Assembly: GCA_964016885.1 (NCBI GenBank)
Contig: OZ024762.1
Coordinates: 8,494,001 to 8,558,000, forward strand
Source of the DNA: Eledone cirrhosa
Taxonomy: Eukaryota
Direction of reading: 5' to 3'
Length of the DNA stretch: 64,000 bases
The notes under the pieces were generated by a model. It saw only the letters and a program-made list of their open reading frames with translations, did no database searches and had not been told where the DNA came from. Shown here piece by piece: positions 53,813-64,000 of this stretch. Position 1 is the stretch's first letter, and each line of letters begins with the position of its first letter. A program made the position numbers and the translations under genes.

Positions 53813-54499
53813 AATTCAAAAACGGAGTTAAAGACACATACACACACACACACGTGTGTGTAAAAATATCTATTCTTTATTATGGCTAAGTGGTGAGTTT
53901 TGTTACTCTGGAGTTTCACCCGTGTACTATCAGTTTTGTCAGACAAAACTTTTCACGTCTGCCTTGTTTTCAACTGGTGTGTGTCCGTGTCTATATCACC
54001 AGTTGAAAACAAGGCCGGTGTTGTGTCAAAATGCTATTTCGTTCAGTAAAATATTGAAAGATAAACTATTAAGTAGTGGGACCTCTATGATCGACCAAAA
54101 GTCCACATGAAAGCAGTAGTCCAAGTAAATGAAAAATATAAATATATATATATTTATTAAAATAACAGATTAAAGTTTATATAGCTGTTTACATGCTTAC
54201 ATAGTTACAACTCGCTTAGCGTTTTTTTTTTTTTAAATTGTTATACGCACCCATCACGTGCCGTAAATATTTAGTAGATCGTCAACGAAGGCCCTCGCAA
54301 ACCCCTTTGACAAAAGCAATCATTACTACATCGCTTGGGGGTGTATTTTATTATTTCAACTGCACCAGAGCAACTTTCATCTACACTGTTTCGGCTCTCT
54401 GAGATGTGGCTTTCAGGGTCCATTACTCTTCGTGGTTTAACGAGAGATTTTATTTTAACTACCGGATGGTTGGGACTGTTATCACAGTTCACTCCCTTT

Positions 54500-55133
54500 C
54501 GAGGTTAACTTTGCCTTTCATCCTTCCGGGGTCGAGAAAATAAAGTACCAGTAATGCACTGGAATTATTTCTGGCCTTGTGCCTAAAGTAGAAACAATTA
54601 TTGTTATTAGGTTAGCTTTGCCTTTCATCCTTACGCGGTTTATAAAATAAAGTACCAGTAATGCACTGGGGTTGATTTATTCAACCTTCCCCCTGCCCTC
54701 AAATTGTTAGCCTTGTGCATAAATCAGAAACCATTATCGGTAGAGGGTTGGACGCCATGCTTTCTAACATAGTTACGTCCCTTTACAGTCTGAGTTCAAA
54801 TCCCGCCGAGGTTAACTTTGCCTTTCATCCTTACGGGGTCGATAAAATAAAGTACCAGTAATGCACTGGGTAATTGCTGGCCTTGTGCCTAAAGTAGAAA
54901 CAATTATTATTATGTGGATTGGCAGTATCGGTAGCGCGTCGGGAATCATGCTTTGCAGCATAGAGTTACGGCCCTTTATGGTCTAGGTTCAAATCCTGCC
55001 GAGGTTAATTTTGCCTCTCATCCTTACGGGGTCGATAAAATAAAGCACTAATAACGTACTGGGGTCGATTTAATTGACTTTCCCCACCCCTTCCCAAATT
55101 ACTGGCCTTGTGCCTATACTAGAAATCGTTATT
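54500..55133 (+). mobile_element. Second stack of four head-to-tail SINEs of the same family (three more at 51369-51748)
   Basis: Repeated core and tail motifs in direct orientation, each starting in or next to the previous copy's tail. Confidence 0.9.
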
Positions 55134-55274
55134 ATTTTTTCATTTATCTTGCTTTATGTTCATACGAGTTATGACGAAGTCACAACCAGTAACCTCAAAA
55201 GACAATAAGGTCTGCCCTATTCTAGAAAAACAAACACACACACACACACAGATGTTTACACTTATATTGACAGA

Positions 55275-56028
55275 TATACTTATATTCTGTGAAGGAGGCA
55301 GAGGATTTGATGCAGGAGGTTGAGACTATGTCGATGAGTGTGGGGCTGAGAATGAATGAGACTAAAACAAAATATCTGGTAGAGAATGTTGAGAAGCCAG
55401 AGGGGATCACTAATGTAGGCAGGAAGCCGCTAGAATTGGTTGAGGACTTCCTGTATTTGGGAATACGGAAGATGATGTGGTTGAGGACTTCCTGTATTTG
55501 GAAATACGGAAGATGATGTGGTTGAGAGGAAGAGCAAAGCCTGGGCAGCTTGAGATCGGTGTGGAAGTTGGACCTTCGTAAAGACCTGAAAATCCGCCTC
55601 TTCATTGCTGTAGTGGAGTCTGTGCTGCTGTACGGATCTGAGACTTGGACACTGACCAAGAAACTCACTCAGATGGTGGATGGGTGCTATACGAGAATGC
55701 TGAGGATGGCTCTGAACATTAATCAGTATACACTGAGGATGAAAAACTCAGAGCTGTATGGGAGCCTCCCAAAAGTCAGCTCAAAAGTGACACAGAGGAG
55801 ACTGAGGTTAGCTGGACATGCTCACCGACATCCAGAGTTGACATTGCTCCTGTGAGAGCCCCAACATAGAGACACTGGAAGAGGAAGACCAAGGTTAACA
55901 TATGTTGATGCCCTAAGGACAGACACTGGTCTGTTGGAGATGCAGGACATGGCAGCGATAATGAGGGACAGAGACCGCTGAAGAGAACTCGTCCATGGAT
56001 ATCGGGAATTTTACCCACCCTAGAAGAT
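55275..56028 (+). mobile_element. RTE-clade LINE 3' fragment (family B) with 15-bp TSD, in SVIP intron 1
   Basis: VGLRMNETKTK, FLYLG, KIRLFIAVVESVLLYGSETW, RRLRLAGH. TSD acttatattgacaga at 55260-55274 and 56029-56043. Internal 41-bp duplication at 55438-55519. Other copies at 38178-38580 (+) and 24295-24598 (-). Confidence 0.9.
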
Positions 56029-56110
56029 ACTTATATTGACAGAATCTTCTTTAGTATATGGGCAGTTCCCATTAGTACTATCTTTTGTATTTCTTCTATA
56101 CGTGGGTTTC

Positions 56111-56815
56111 CTAGTATTTGGGATAATTAATCATTAGACCCTTTAAGATCGTTCCTAGAGCGCCCACAACCACTGATATTATTTTAGCTCTCAACTTCCA
56201 CATTTTTCCAATCTTTATTTCCAAATTTTCAAATATTTTTATAGATACATTCTTGTCTATAGGAACGGTCATATCAATTAGCAGGCATACCCTCTGTTTA
56301 AAGTCCTTCAGTATTATATCTGGTCTATTTGCATCTATTTTTTGGTCTGTTTGGACACTCCACAAAATTGAGATGTGACCTTTTTCAAGTACGGGAGGCG
56401 GTTGATGTTTCCACCAATTCTTTTGACAGTACAAGTCAAAATTCTGACATGTTATCCGATGTATGTATTGTGCTGCTCTGTTGTGCCTGTTAAGGTATTC
56501 GGTTGGAGCTATAGGACTGCTCATTGAAATTATATAAGCAATGGTCTCTGCTTTGCTTTTTCTCTGTTTTTCATTTCAGTAATAAAGGGAACTTGTGAAA
56601 TTTGTAGTTCATTATTGTATCTATGTGCATCTTTTGTAATGGAGTATGATCTTTTGTTGCTTTCATGTTTCAAAACGATTTTGATCATCCAATCATGTGA
56701 TTCCTTAGATATGTAGATAATCCAATTGTTGCAGTTTTCAAAGACATATCCAACTGGATTAATCCATATCCTCCTTCTTTCCTAGGGAGAAATATTCCAT
56801 CTTTATCTGCCTTTA
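56111..56815 (-). mobile_element. R4/Dong-like non-LTR fragment (restriction-like endonuclease domain)
   Basis: EYLNRHN...ILW...TD..IDANRPDIIL...CLLIDMTVP...ISVVVGALG: RHN and PD..D motifs of an RLE domain. Confidence 0.8.
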
Positions 56816-57482
56816 TTATAGAGCCACAGAGATAAGGTTTGTTGTCTCTCAATGTCTCATAACTTAACAGTTCATCAAATAGAGATCAATAAAATAAATA
56901 CCTGGCTCAACCCTTAAATGAGTTGCTCCAGCTGACCACAGTCCTATAAATGAAAACAATTAAACTTGTGATTATTACCTTGGCAATCTAATAAATTGAC
57001 TAGAGGCATGTTGCCCGGTGGTAAATGTTGTGAGTTTGATTTCTGGACTGGGTTGCGTGTTGTGTTCTTGAGCAAAACACTTCATTTCACGTTGCTCCAG
57101 TATAATCAACTGAAAATGAGTACCAACTATAGCTGGGGGTTTAACTCTGCAATGGACTGGCGTCGTGTCCAGTGGGGAGTCTAGTACTCTCTGTCACTTC
57201 ATGTTACAAGACCAGAATAAGCACTGGCCTTATGAGCCCTCTGGCTTTGGACAGACTTTAGCCAATCTAACCTACTTCCATTGCACGACTCTCTATACAA
57301 ACAGACTTTTCGGTCTCATATTCCACAATATGTCAAGCCAAATATCACACCTTAATACTCTGGCCAGTATTTCTACCATTCACATAAGAGTGACTCCTAT
57401 TCCTGACATGCTCTTTGATTGTTTTCTTCATTTTATGTCCATTTTTTCCACATTTGCATGGGTCAGACAAGTTCTTTTTATT

Positions 57483-57978
57483 CAACCCAGCGCAACCCAA
57501 CCCAACCCAACCCAACTCAACCCAGCCCAGCCCAGCCCAACCCAACCCAGCCCAACCCAACCCAGCCCAACCCAACCCAGCCCAGCCCAACCCGGCCCAG
57601 CCCAACCCAACCCAGCCCAACCCAACCCAGCCCATTACAACCCAGCCCAGCTCAACCCAGCTCAGCCCAACATAACCCAACCCAGCCCAACCCAATACAG
57701 CCCACTACAACCCAACCCAGCCCAACCCAGCCCAGCCCAACCCAGCCCAGCCCAACTCGGCCCAACACAGCACAACCCAACCCAACATAACACAGCCCAG
57801 CCCAACCCAACACAACCCAGGCCAACCCAACACAACCCAACCCAACCCAACCCAACCCAACTCAAAACAGCCCAACCCAACTCAAAACGGCCCAACCCAA
57901 CACAACCCAGCCCAACCCAACACAGTTCAACACAGCCCACTACAACCAAGCCCAACCCAACCCAGGCCAACCCAGCAC
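57483..57978. repeat. (CCCAA/CCCAG)n pentanucleotide repeat just upstream of SVIP exon 2
   Basis: Direct inspection; ends about 48 nt before the acceptor. Confidence 0.95.
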
Positions 57979-58026
57979 AGTTTCTCTCCAATCTTTGCAT
58001 TCCTCATTCATATCTTGTGTTGTTAG

Positions 58027-58185
58027 GATTTGCGCAGAAAACAAATGGCAGATGCAGCTGAGCATCGACAGAAATCTATGGAATATCGGGGCATAAAGGA
58101 TCCACAGGGTTTTAAACGAAGACAGCTAAAACAGAAGCAGTTAGAGGAACTGGATATGCAAACTTCAGAAAACAGTTGCTTGAGG
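58027..58185 (+). CDS. SVIP: SVIP-like gene, coding exon 2 (DLRRKQMADAAEHRQKSMEYRGIKDPQGFKRRQLKQKQLEELDMQTSENSCLR)
   Basis: Acceptor tatcttgtgttgttag| and donor AGG|gtatgc. Carries the VIM motif R-x5-AA-x2-R (RKQMADAAEHR) followed by RGI, matching recalled SVIP KRAKLAEAAERRQKEAASRGI. Confidence 0.92.
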
Positions 58186-59489
58186 GTATGCTTATTCTTG
58201 TTGCTATCATCATCAACCTCATCATTTTATGTCTGGTTTTCCACACTTGCATCGGTTGGATGGGTCTTTTTCAGCACAGCATCTTTCTACTTATGGTCCT
58301 TCATCGATTTCAGATCAGCTCTCACCACTTCAGCCTCTTTGTTCCTCTATTATGCCATTCTTCCACTGGGATTGCTTGGCACTTTTTCATCCAGCAATCA
58401 TCATCCATGTGCATCACATGTCCATACCATCGCAGTATATCTGATTCCTCTTAACCCTTTAGCATTCTGGCCAGAATTCTCTCACCTCTTTCCGTTCAAA
58501 CTGGCTGTAACTGGCCGTAACTGGCCGCTCATACTGATGTTAAGGTGTTGTTCTCAAAATAAATAATATCAAAATCTCATAGATTCGATATTATGTAACA
58601 TAATTATGTGAGGTACAGTCTTTACTGTGAAAATATAATAGTAAATACAGAGTAATGTAAATGCTAAAGGGTTAAACCCAGTTTTCTCTCTCAGTTCAAC
58701 CATGCTTTGTTGTTCACACACATTATATATATATATATGTAAGGTGGATTGGCAGTATCGGTAGAGGGTCAGACACCATGCTTTCCAGCATAGTTACGTC
58801 CCTTAACGATCTGAGTTCAATCCCGCTGAGGTTAACTTTGCCTTTCATCCTTACGGGGTCGATAAAATAAAGTACCAGTAACATACTGGGTAATTGCTGG
58901 CCTTGTGCCAAAAAGTAGAAACAATTATATATATATATATATAATCATCACCATTTAACCACCATTTTCCATGCTAGCATGGGTAGGATGGGCTGTCCCT
59001 TTGGGAGAGATCAGGTTGGATGACCATGTTTTTCTCACATAGGACTGATTTTGGCTTGGCTTCTACATCATCCCCAACAGAATCTTACACCAAAGACGAG
59101 TGCTTTTCCTACTGTTGCAGCATGATTAACTACTCAGAATGAAAGTTCTATCCAGTGGTCAACCACCAACTTCAATGTATATATATATATATATTTTTCG
59201 AAAGCGTCTCAACCTTTAGTACTTTTTTTTTTCACCTGGGAATGAAAGGCCCCCAGTTGTTGTCACAACACCTTTCTAAGAGAGGGAGACTCTGAAAAAT
59301 AACCTGCGGCTTCAGAAGCATCCGATGATGTTGACCAGTTCTCCTTTTTAGGTAGTGTTTTCGATGCTCAGAGAGTGGGATTGGTCAAGTGCAAGGCCTT
59401 TACCCACTTAAAAAAAACCTTAAAAGCACAGGCATTGCTTGTTCAATAATCTGACAAGCAATTGCAATACTCTTAGTTTGCAGCCATCA

Positions 59490-59533
<44 letters not shown>

Positions 59534-60259
59534 ATTTTTATGGATCTTGGGTAATGACCAAAAGAATACGATTGTGAATGCAAACAGCCAAAATGAGGTT
59601 CCTATGGAGGACCTTTGGAGTAACATTACTTCATAGAGTGCATAGCTCGGAGAACAGAGAGCTGCTCTAGGTAGAGATGCTACTTCTCCAAATTGAGATA
59701 AAACAGGTCTGATAAACCTTATATAACAATGCAAATATATGAAGGTTTATATAAGGTATGTGATAAGTGTTATGATATAACAGATGCTAACCGTTAGAAT
59801 AAGCAATACTTTATATATAAGAATATTTATGTTTAATCAAGAGCTACAAAATTTTAGTCAATAAATTGATTCATTATTTATTCAAAGTAATCCAACTTAT
59901 TTTACTAAGGTTAAGTAGTTGGTGATAGGAAGGGCATCCAGCTATAGAAAAGTTTGGAAGAAGCCTTCAGGTGTGTGGGACCATATGTATGTGATATGCA
60001 GATCCCTGGCCTGTCTGCGAGTTCATTAGAACTGCTTCAGCACTGATTTGATCTCAGAAGAACCACCCAGCCCTTCCTAGCAGGGAAAGCAGATGTTAAA
60101 AAGATGATAATGGTATATATGTAAATAAGACCACTATTTCTCCAATCAGACCACAAACATTCAGCAAACTCCCTAAACCAAATGCCAAATGATACCTATT
60201 ATATATAAATATAGTAAAATAAAAAATATAATACTTATTTATACATAGTATATATTAAT

Positions 60260-60812
60260 ATCATCATCATTTTATGTCCACTTTTCCCTGCTTGCAAGAG
60301 TGGGACAGATCCTTTTCAGCACAGCATCTCTCCATTCGTCACAGTCCTTCGTCAACTCCTCTCTGAGCTTCAGTGATCTGAGATCAGCTCTCACCACCTC
60401 TGCCCATGATTTTTGTAGTTTTCCTCTACTACGTCTTCCCTCCACCGGGATTTCTTAACACTTCTTTACCCAGCGGTCATCCACCATGCACATCACATGT
60501 CTATACCAACGCAGTCTTCTCTCCCGCACACTACCACTTATCCCTCTTATACACAGTTTCTCTCTCAACTCGTCTATGCTTGGTCGATCACACACATTGA
60601 CATTGCACATCCATCGGAGCATGCTTGCTTCATTTCTCTCCAGCCGTCGCATATCCTCTGTAGTTATTGCCCATGTTTCTCTACCATGCAGCATTGCGCA
60701 TCTCACACAGGCATCATATAACTGACCTTTCGTTCATAGGGAAAAACCCTTCTTTGTCAATAGAGGAAGCAGCTCTCTAAACTTCTTTCAACCTGTCCTT
60801 ATTTGAGATACT
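60260..60812 (-). mobile_element. RTE-clade LINE 3' fragment (family A), inverted relative to 61505-62283
   Basis: The - strand encodes MLHGRETWAITTEDMRRLERNEASMLRWMC...RRLRWY. (CAT)n tail at 60260. Smaller - strand pieces at 35990-36280 and 58206-58433. Confidence 0.88.
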
Positions 60813-61504
60813 ATAAAATAATATAATATATATTATAGTATATATTATATTATTTTTTAAAATATATTATTTACAATTTGTGTGTAGGCAGGTCTCTCTG
60901 GAAATTGGGTTGGTACTCTTTTCATTATCGTTAGTTTGAAATTTTATTAAAACTATAATTTTTTTCCATATGCTGATGCAAATGTGTATATGCGTGTGTG
61001 TATGTGCATATGCATACATTTATATGTGTGATTATATAAATATAAACATGCAAACACAGACACAGTTACAAAGATACACACTCACAGACATACATTCACA
61101 CAAACACACACATACATTCACACACAGCGTAGATTTTTCACCATCCCATTCTTTCCTTTTACAACACATACATTCATGCAGGCAGCAGACGTAAAGAGAG
61201 AGAGGAGTAGTATGAGGTAGTCAAACTACTCTCTACGTATTATGACAGAATTGCAGAAATTTATACAGGTAAAATTCCGTTATAAGAAATATCATTATAA
61301 CAAATTTTTCAGTACAATGAAATATTTCTCAATCCCTGGCCACACACTCGATATGTTTGGTCGATCTCATTATAAAGAATTTTTCGTTACAACAAATTTC
61401 TTTTTATACCCCATGAATTTTGTTATAACGGAATTTTACTGCATATTAACAGCTATATAAATACAAACAGACATTAGTACATATATCTATATATAAAAAT
61501 AAAC

Positions 61505-62283
61505 ATCGAAAGAAGGAAATTGACAAAAGTGTTGATAAGTAGAAAACATGACAAAACTCTGATTCCATCAGGGAAATGGTCATGTTCGATATGTAGAAAA
61601 GGAACTGGCATAAATTCTATAAAATGTACACAATGCAGATCTTGGGTACACAAGAGATGTGGTGGGATAGCAGGCAAACTAACAGGTAGGGGAAACTACG
61701 TATGCAGTAGATGTACAGAGAAATTAGACACATTTTTCAAATGCAGGTGGGTTCTATAGAAGTGGTTGATAGCTTCTGGTACCTAGGTGATCGGATTAGC
61801 ATGAGAGGGGGAGGGGGGTGTTCTGAGGCCATAGTATCTAGAATAATGGATGGGTTGGAAAAAGTTTGGGGAGCTGCTTCCTCTGTTGACAAAGAAAGGT
61901 TTCTCCCTGTGTACGAAAGGCCGGTTATATGATGCCTGTGTGAGATGTGCGATGCTGCATGGTAGTGAGACATGGGCAGCAACTGCAGAGGATTTGCGAC
62001 GGCTGGAGAGAAATGAAGCAAGCATGCTCTGTTGGATGTGCAATGTCAATGTGCCTGAATGACCAAGCATAGATGAGTTGAGAGAGAAACTGTGTATAAG
62101 AGGGATAAGTTGTAGTGTGCGGGAGAGAAGACTGAGATGGTATGGACGTGTGATGCGCATGTGTGATCGCTGAAGCTCACGGAGGAGATGACAAAGGACC
62201 TTGACAAGTGGAGAGATGCTAAATAGGACCTGTCCCACCCTTTCAAGCAGGGAAAAGTGGACGTAAAATGATGATGATGATGA
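61505..62283 (+). mobile_element. RTE-clade LINE 3' fragment (family A) with Cys-rich PHD-like insert, in SVIP intron 2
   Basis: KWSCSICRKGTGINSIKCTQCRSWVHKRC followed by FWYLG, GWKKF, LHGSETW. (ATG)n tail. Confidence 0.88.
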
Positions 62284-62334
62284 TATATTATTTAATTTCA
62301 TTTCATTTTGTTTTTTATTTTTATTTATTTATAG

Positions 62335-62349
62335 TGGCAGATCGGATGA
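62335..62349 (+). CDS. SVIP: SVIP-like gene, last coding exon (WQIG*)
   Basis: T-rich acceptor ttttatttatttatag|TGG CAG ATC GGA TGA completes LRWQIG*, matching the SVIP C-terminal LRW-x-V-x motif. Total protein 80 aa. Confidence 0.85.
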   Translation, partial: WQIG

Positions 62350-62797
62350 AAAATGGATGTTCTGCATTATGAGTTCTTGAAAAATAACCCAAAGACTTTT
62401 TCTACAGTTTATGAAGGCAAAAATATTTCAATTAAAATGAATTTTCCTTTTTTTCTTTTTCTCCCCACCCAACACCTGAACACTAATTATGTTTATTTTA
62501 ATGAAAAAAGAAAAAAAGCTGCAATTTTCTTTTTACAGCTCTGCTAAAGCTGAAAGGGGGTCACTGTGTATATAATATAGCTGGATTTGTCATACTTTTC
62601 TATTGCATCATATTAATACCCCTTCCCCCTCCTCCTGTTATTACTAATGAGTGGTGATGATGATGATGATGATCAACACCATATCCTTGTTTGTGGTTAT
62701 TTGCTACAGAAAAATGTCCACTGTCTTTAAAAAAAACATTTTTACTTTATTTCACTTCACCTTCTCTCCATTTATGAATGGATGGGTTAGAGGAAAA

Positions 62798-62821
62798 AAT
62801 AAAGCCAATTTGATGAATAAA
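62798..62821 (+). terminator. Candidate polyadenylation signals of SVIP
   Basis: AATAAA at 62798-62803 and 62816-62821, about 450 nt after the stop. Local AT-richness weakens this call. Confidence 0.35.
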
Positions 62822-62848
62822 TAAAAGATATTGGCATAGGTTAAATAA

Positions 62849-62892
<44 letters not shown>

Positions 62893-63695
62893 CTTGTTCT
62901 TTTAGGTTTGTGCTGAGAAAATGATGAAATTAACTTAACTCTGCTTATGAAAACAACACAAACTTTGATTTATATGGCTGGTTTGAAATAACATCTGTGT
63001 TTATTGTAGCTAAATTTGTCCAATTTGAATACTAAAACCTTAAAGCCATACCTTGCAGTTCCTTAAATATTAATGGCATAAAATATACATTGATATACTT
63101 ACATATATTAATGTAGTAAAGTAAAATATTTAAAAAATCTCTTGCCATTATTGTTTGTGAAAATTATTTTTTACTGCCAACACTAACCTCTCTTTAACCC
63201 TTAAAATCCCAAACACTCTGACTGATGACTTTTATAACTACCATAACTACTTGGCAATTAATCACCCAACTCCCCAAAGATCTATTAATTATCACATCAA
63301 TAAAGGCAGCAAAAACCTCACAAGAGCCCAATGGAATGAGTTCCACCAAGGAGCAGAATCAATTCAATACCACAGTCACCAATCTAGACAGTCAAAGCTT
63401 GCTGTACATAGATTTAACAACACCACAACCACCAACATAGACACTACAGTACAACATCACCACAACCACCAACATAGACACTACAGTACATACAACACCA
63501 ATACCAAGCTGTTGTTGAAAAACTATTTCAATAACATTTGGCAGGCTCTTTAATTCAAAATCAGGGATCAGTCACTTATTTTGGTAATGGCTTCCTCTTG
63601 ATTTTTAGTTTTTTTGCCCATGGCCCATATGTATGGTGGAGTGCTGAATATTTCTCACATTAATTCATCTACAGATATTATTTTCAACACTCCAT

Positions 63696-63732
<37 letters not shown>

Positions 63733-63821
63733 GTGAGGTTTTTTTTTTACAAAATAAAAAGAAAACGAGATGTCCTACACGAGTGAAAGTATAAGGAAAA
63801 AAGATGAAATCGAAAATGCAT

Positions 63822-64000
63822 CTGGAGTCTTTTTTTTTTTAAATATATATTTATTTGGTTCCTTTACCGGTTTCGCAGATCTTCTGCTTTTCAAAAGTAG
63901 AATTGAGATGGAGGGCAAACCCTCCCTTTTGAAAAGCAGAAGATCTGCGAAACCGGTAAAGGAACCAAATAAATATATATTTTAAAAAAAAAGACTCCAG
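63822..64000. repeat. Fold-back palindrome running off the right edge
   Basis: Arms 63822-63897 and 63926-64000. The spacer has its own hairpin ggaggg-caaa-ccctcc. A (TA)n tract lies about 95 bp upstream. Confidence 0.9.
63925..63962 (+). ncRNA. Minimal type I hammerhead with U3-A8 variant core
   Basis: Stem I cctt/aagg. Core TTGAAAA at 63929-63935. Stem II GCAGA-aga-TCTGC. GAAA at 63949-63952. Palindromic stem III ACCGGT. GUA site at 63956-63958. Confidence 0.65.

Noticed and set aside
57165-58061. 298-aa PAQPNPTQ-repeat ORF
   Set aside because: Pentanucleotide repeat plus SINE sequence inside SVIP intron 1.

Overview
Repeat-dense eukaryotic genomic DNA. The very long (TA)n/(CA)n microsatellites, tRNA-derived SINEs and RTE/CR1 debris suggest an octopus-type (coleoid cephalopod) genome, but this is inferred from repeat style only. 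Most ORFs in the supplied track are microsatellite artefacts or retrotransposon fragments. One host gene can be assembled confidently: a three-exon, 80-aa SVIP (small VCP/p97-interacting protein) homolog on the + strand (CDS 52175-52243, 58027-58185, 62335-62349). A second, weaker candidate is a multi-exon, apparently non-coding or 5'UTR transcript on the - strand (about 29.9 kb down to the left edge). The most striking unannotated signal is a set of short non-coding fold-back (palindromic) elements from several unrelated sequence families. Most sit inside (TA)n tracts and carry minimal type I hammerhead ribozymes of the Penelope-like kind. Three or four look structurally intact, one has a compensatory U3-A8 core, and one palindrome of about 875 bp also duplicates flanking DNA. 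Other items: minisatellites arising inside retroelements (48-bp with a 24-unit higher-order repeat, and 61-bp), stand-alone 58-, 74- and 35-bp arrays, two near-identical young CR1 insertions, head-to-tail SINE stacks, several MITE families and a decayed intron-containing tRNA-Met. All alignments and folds were done by eye; no database searches were run.
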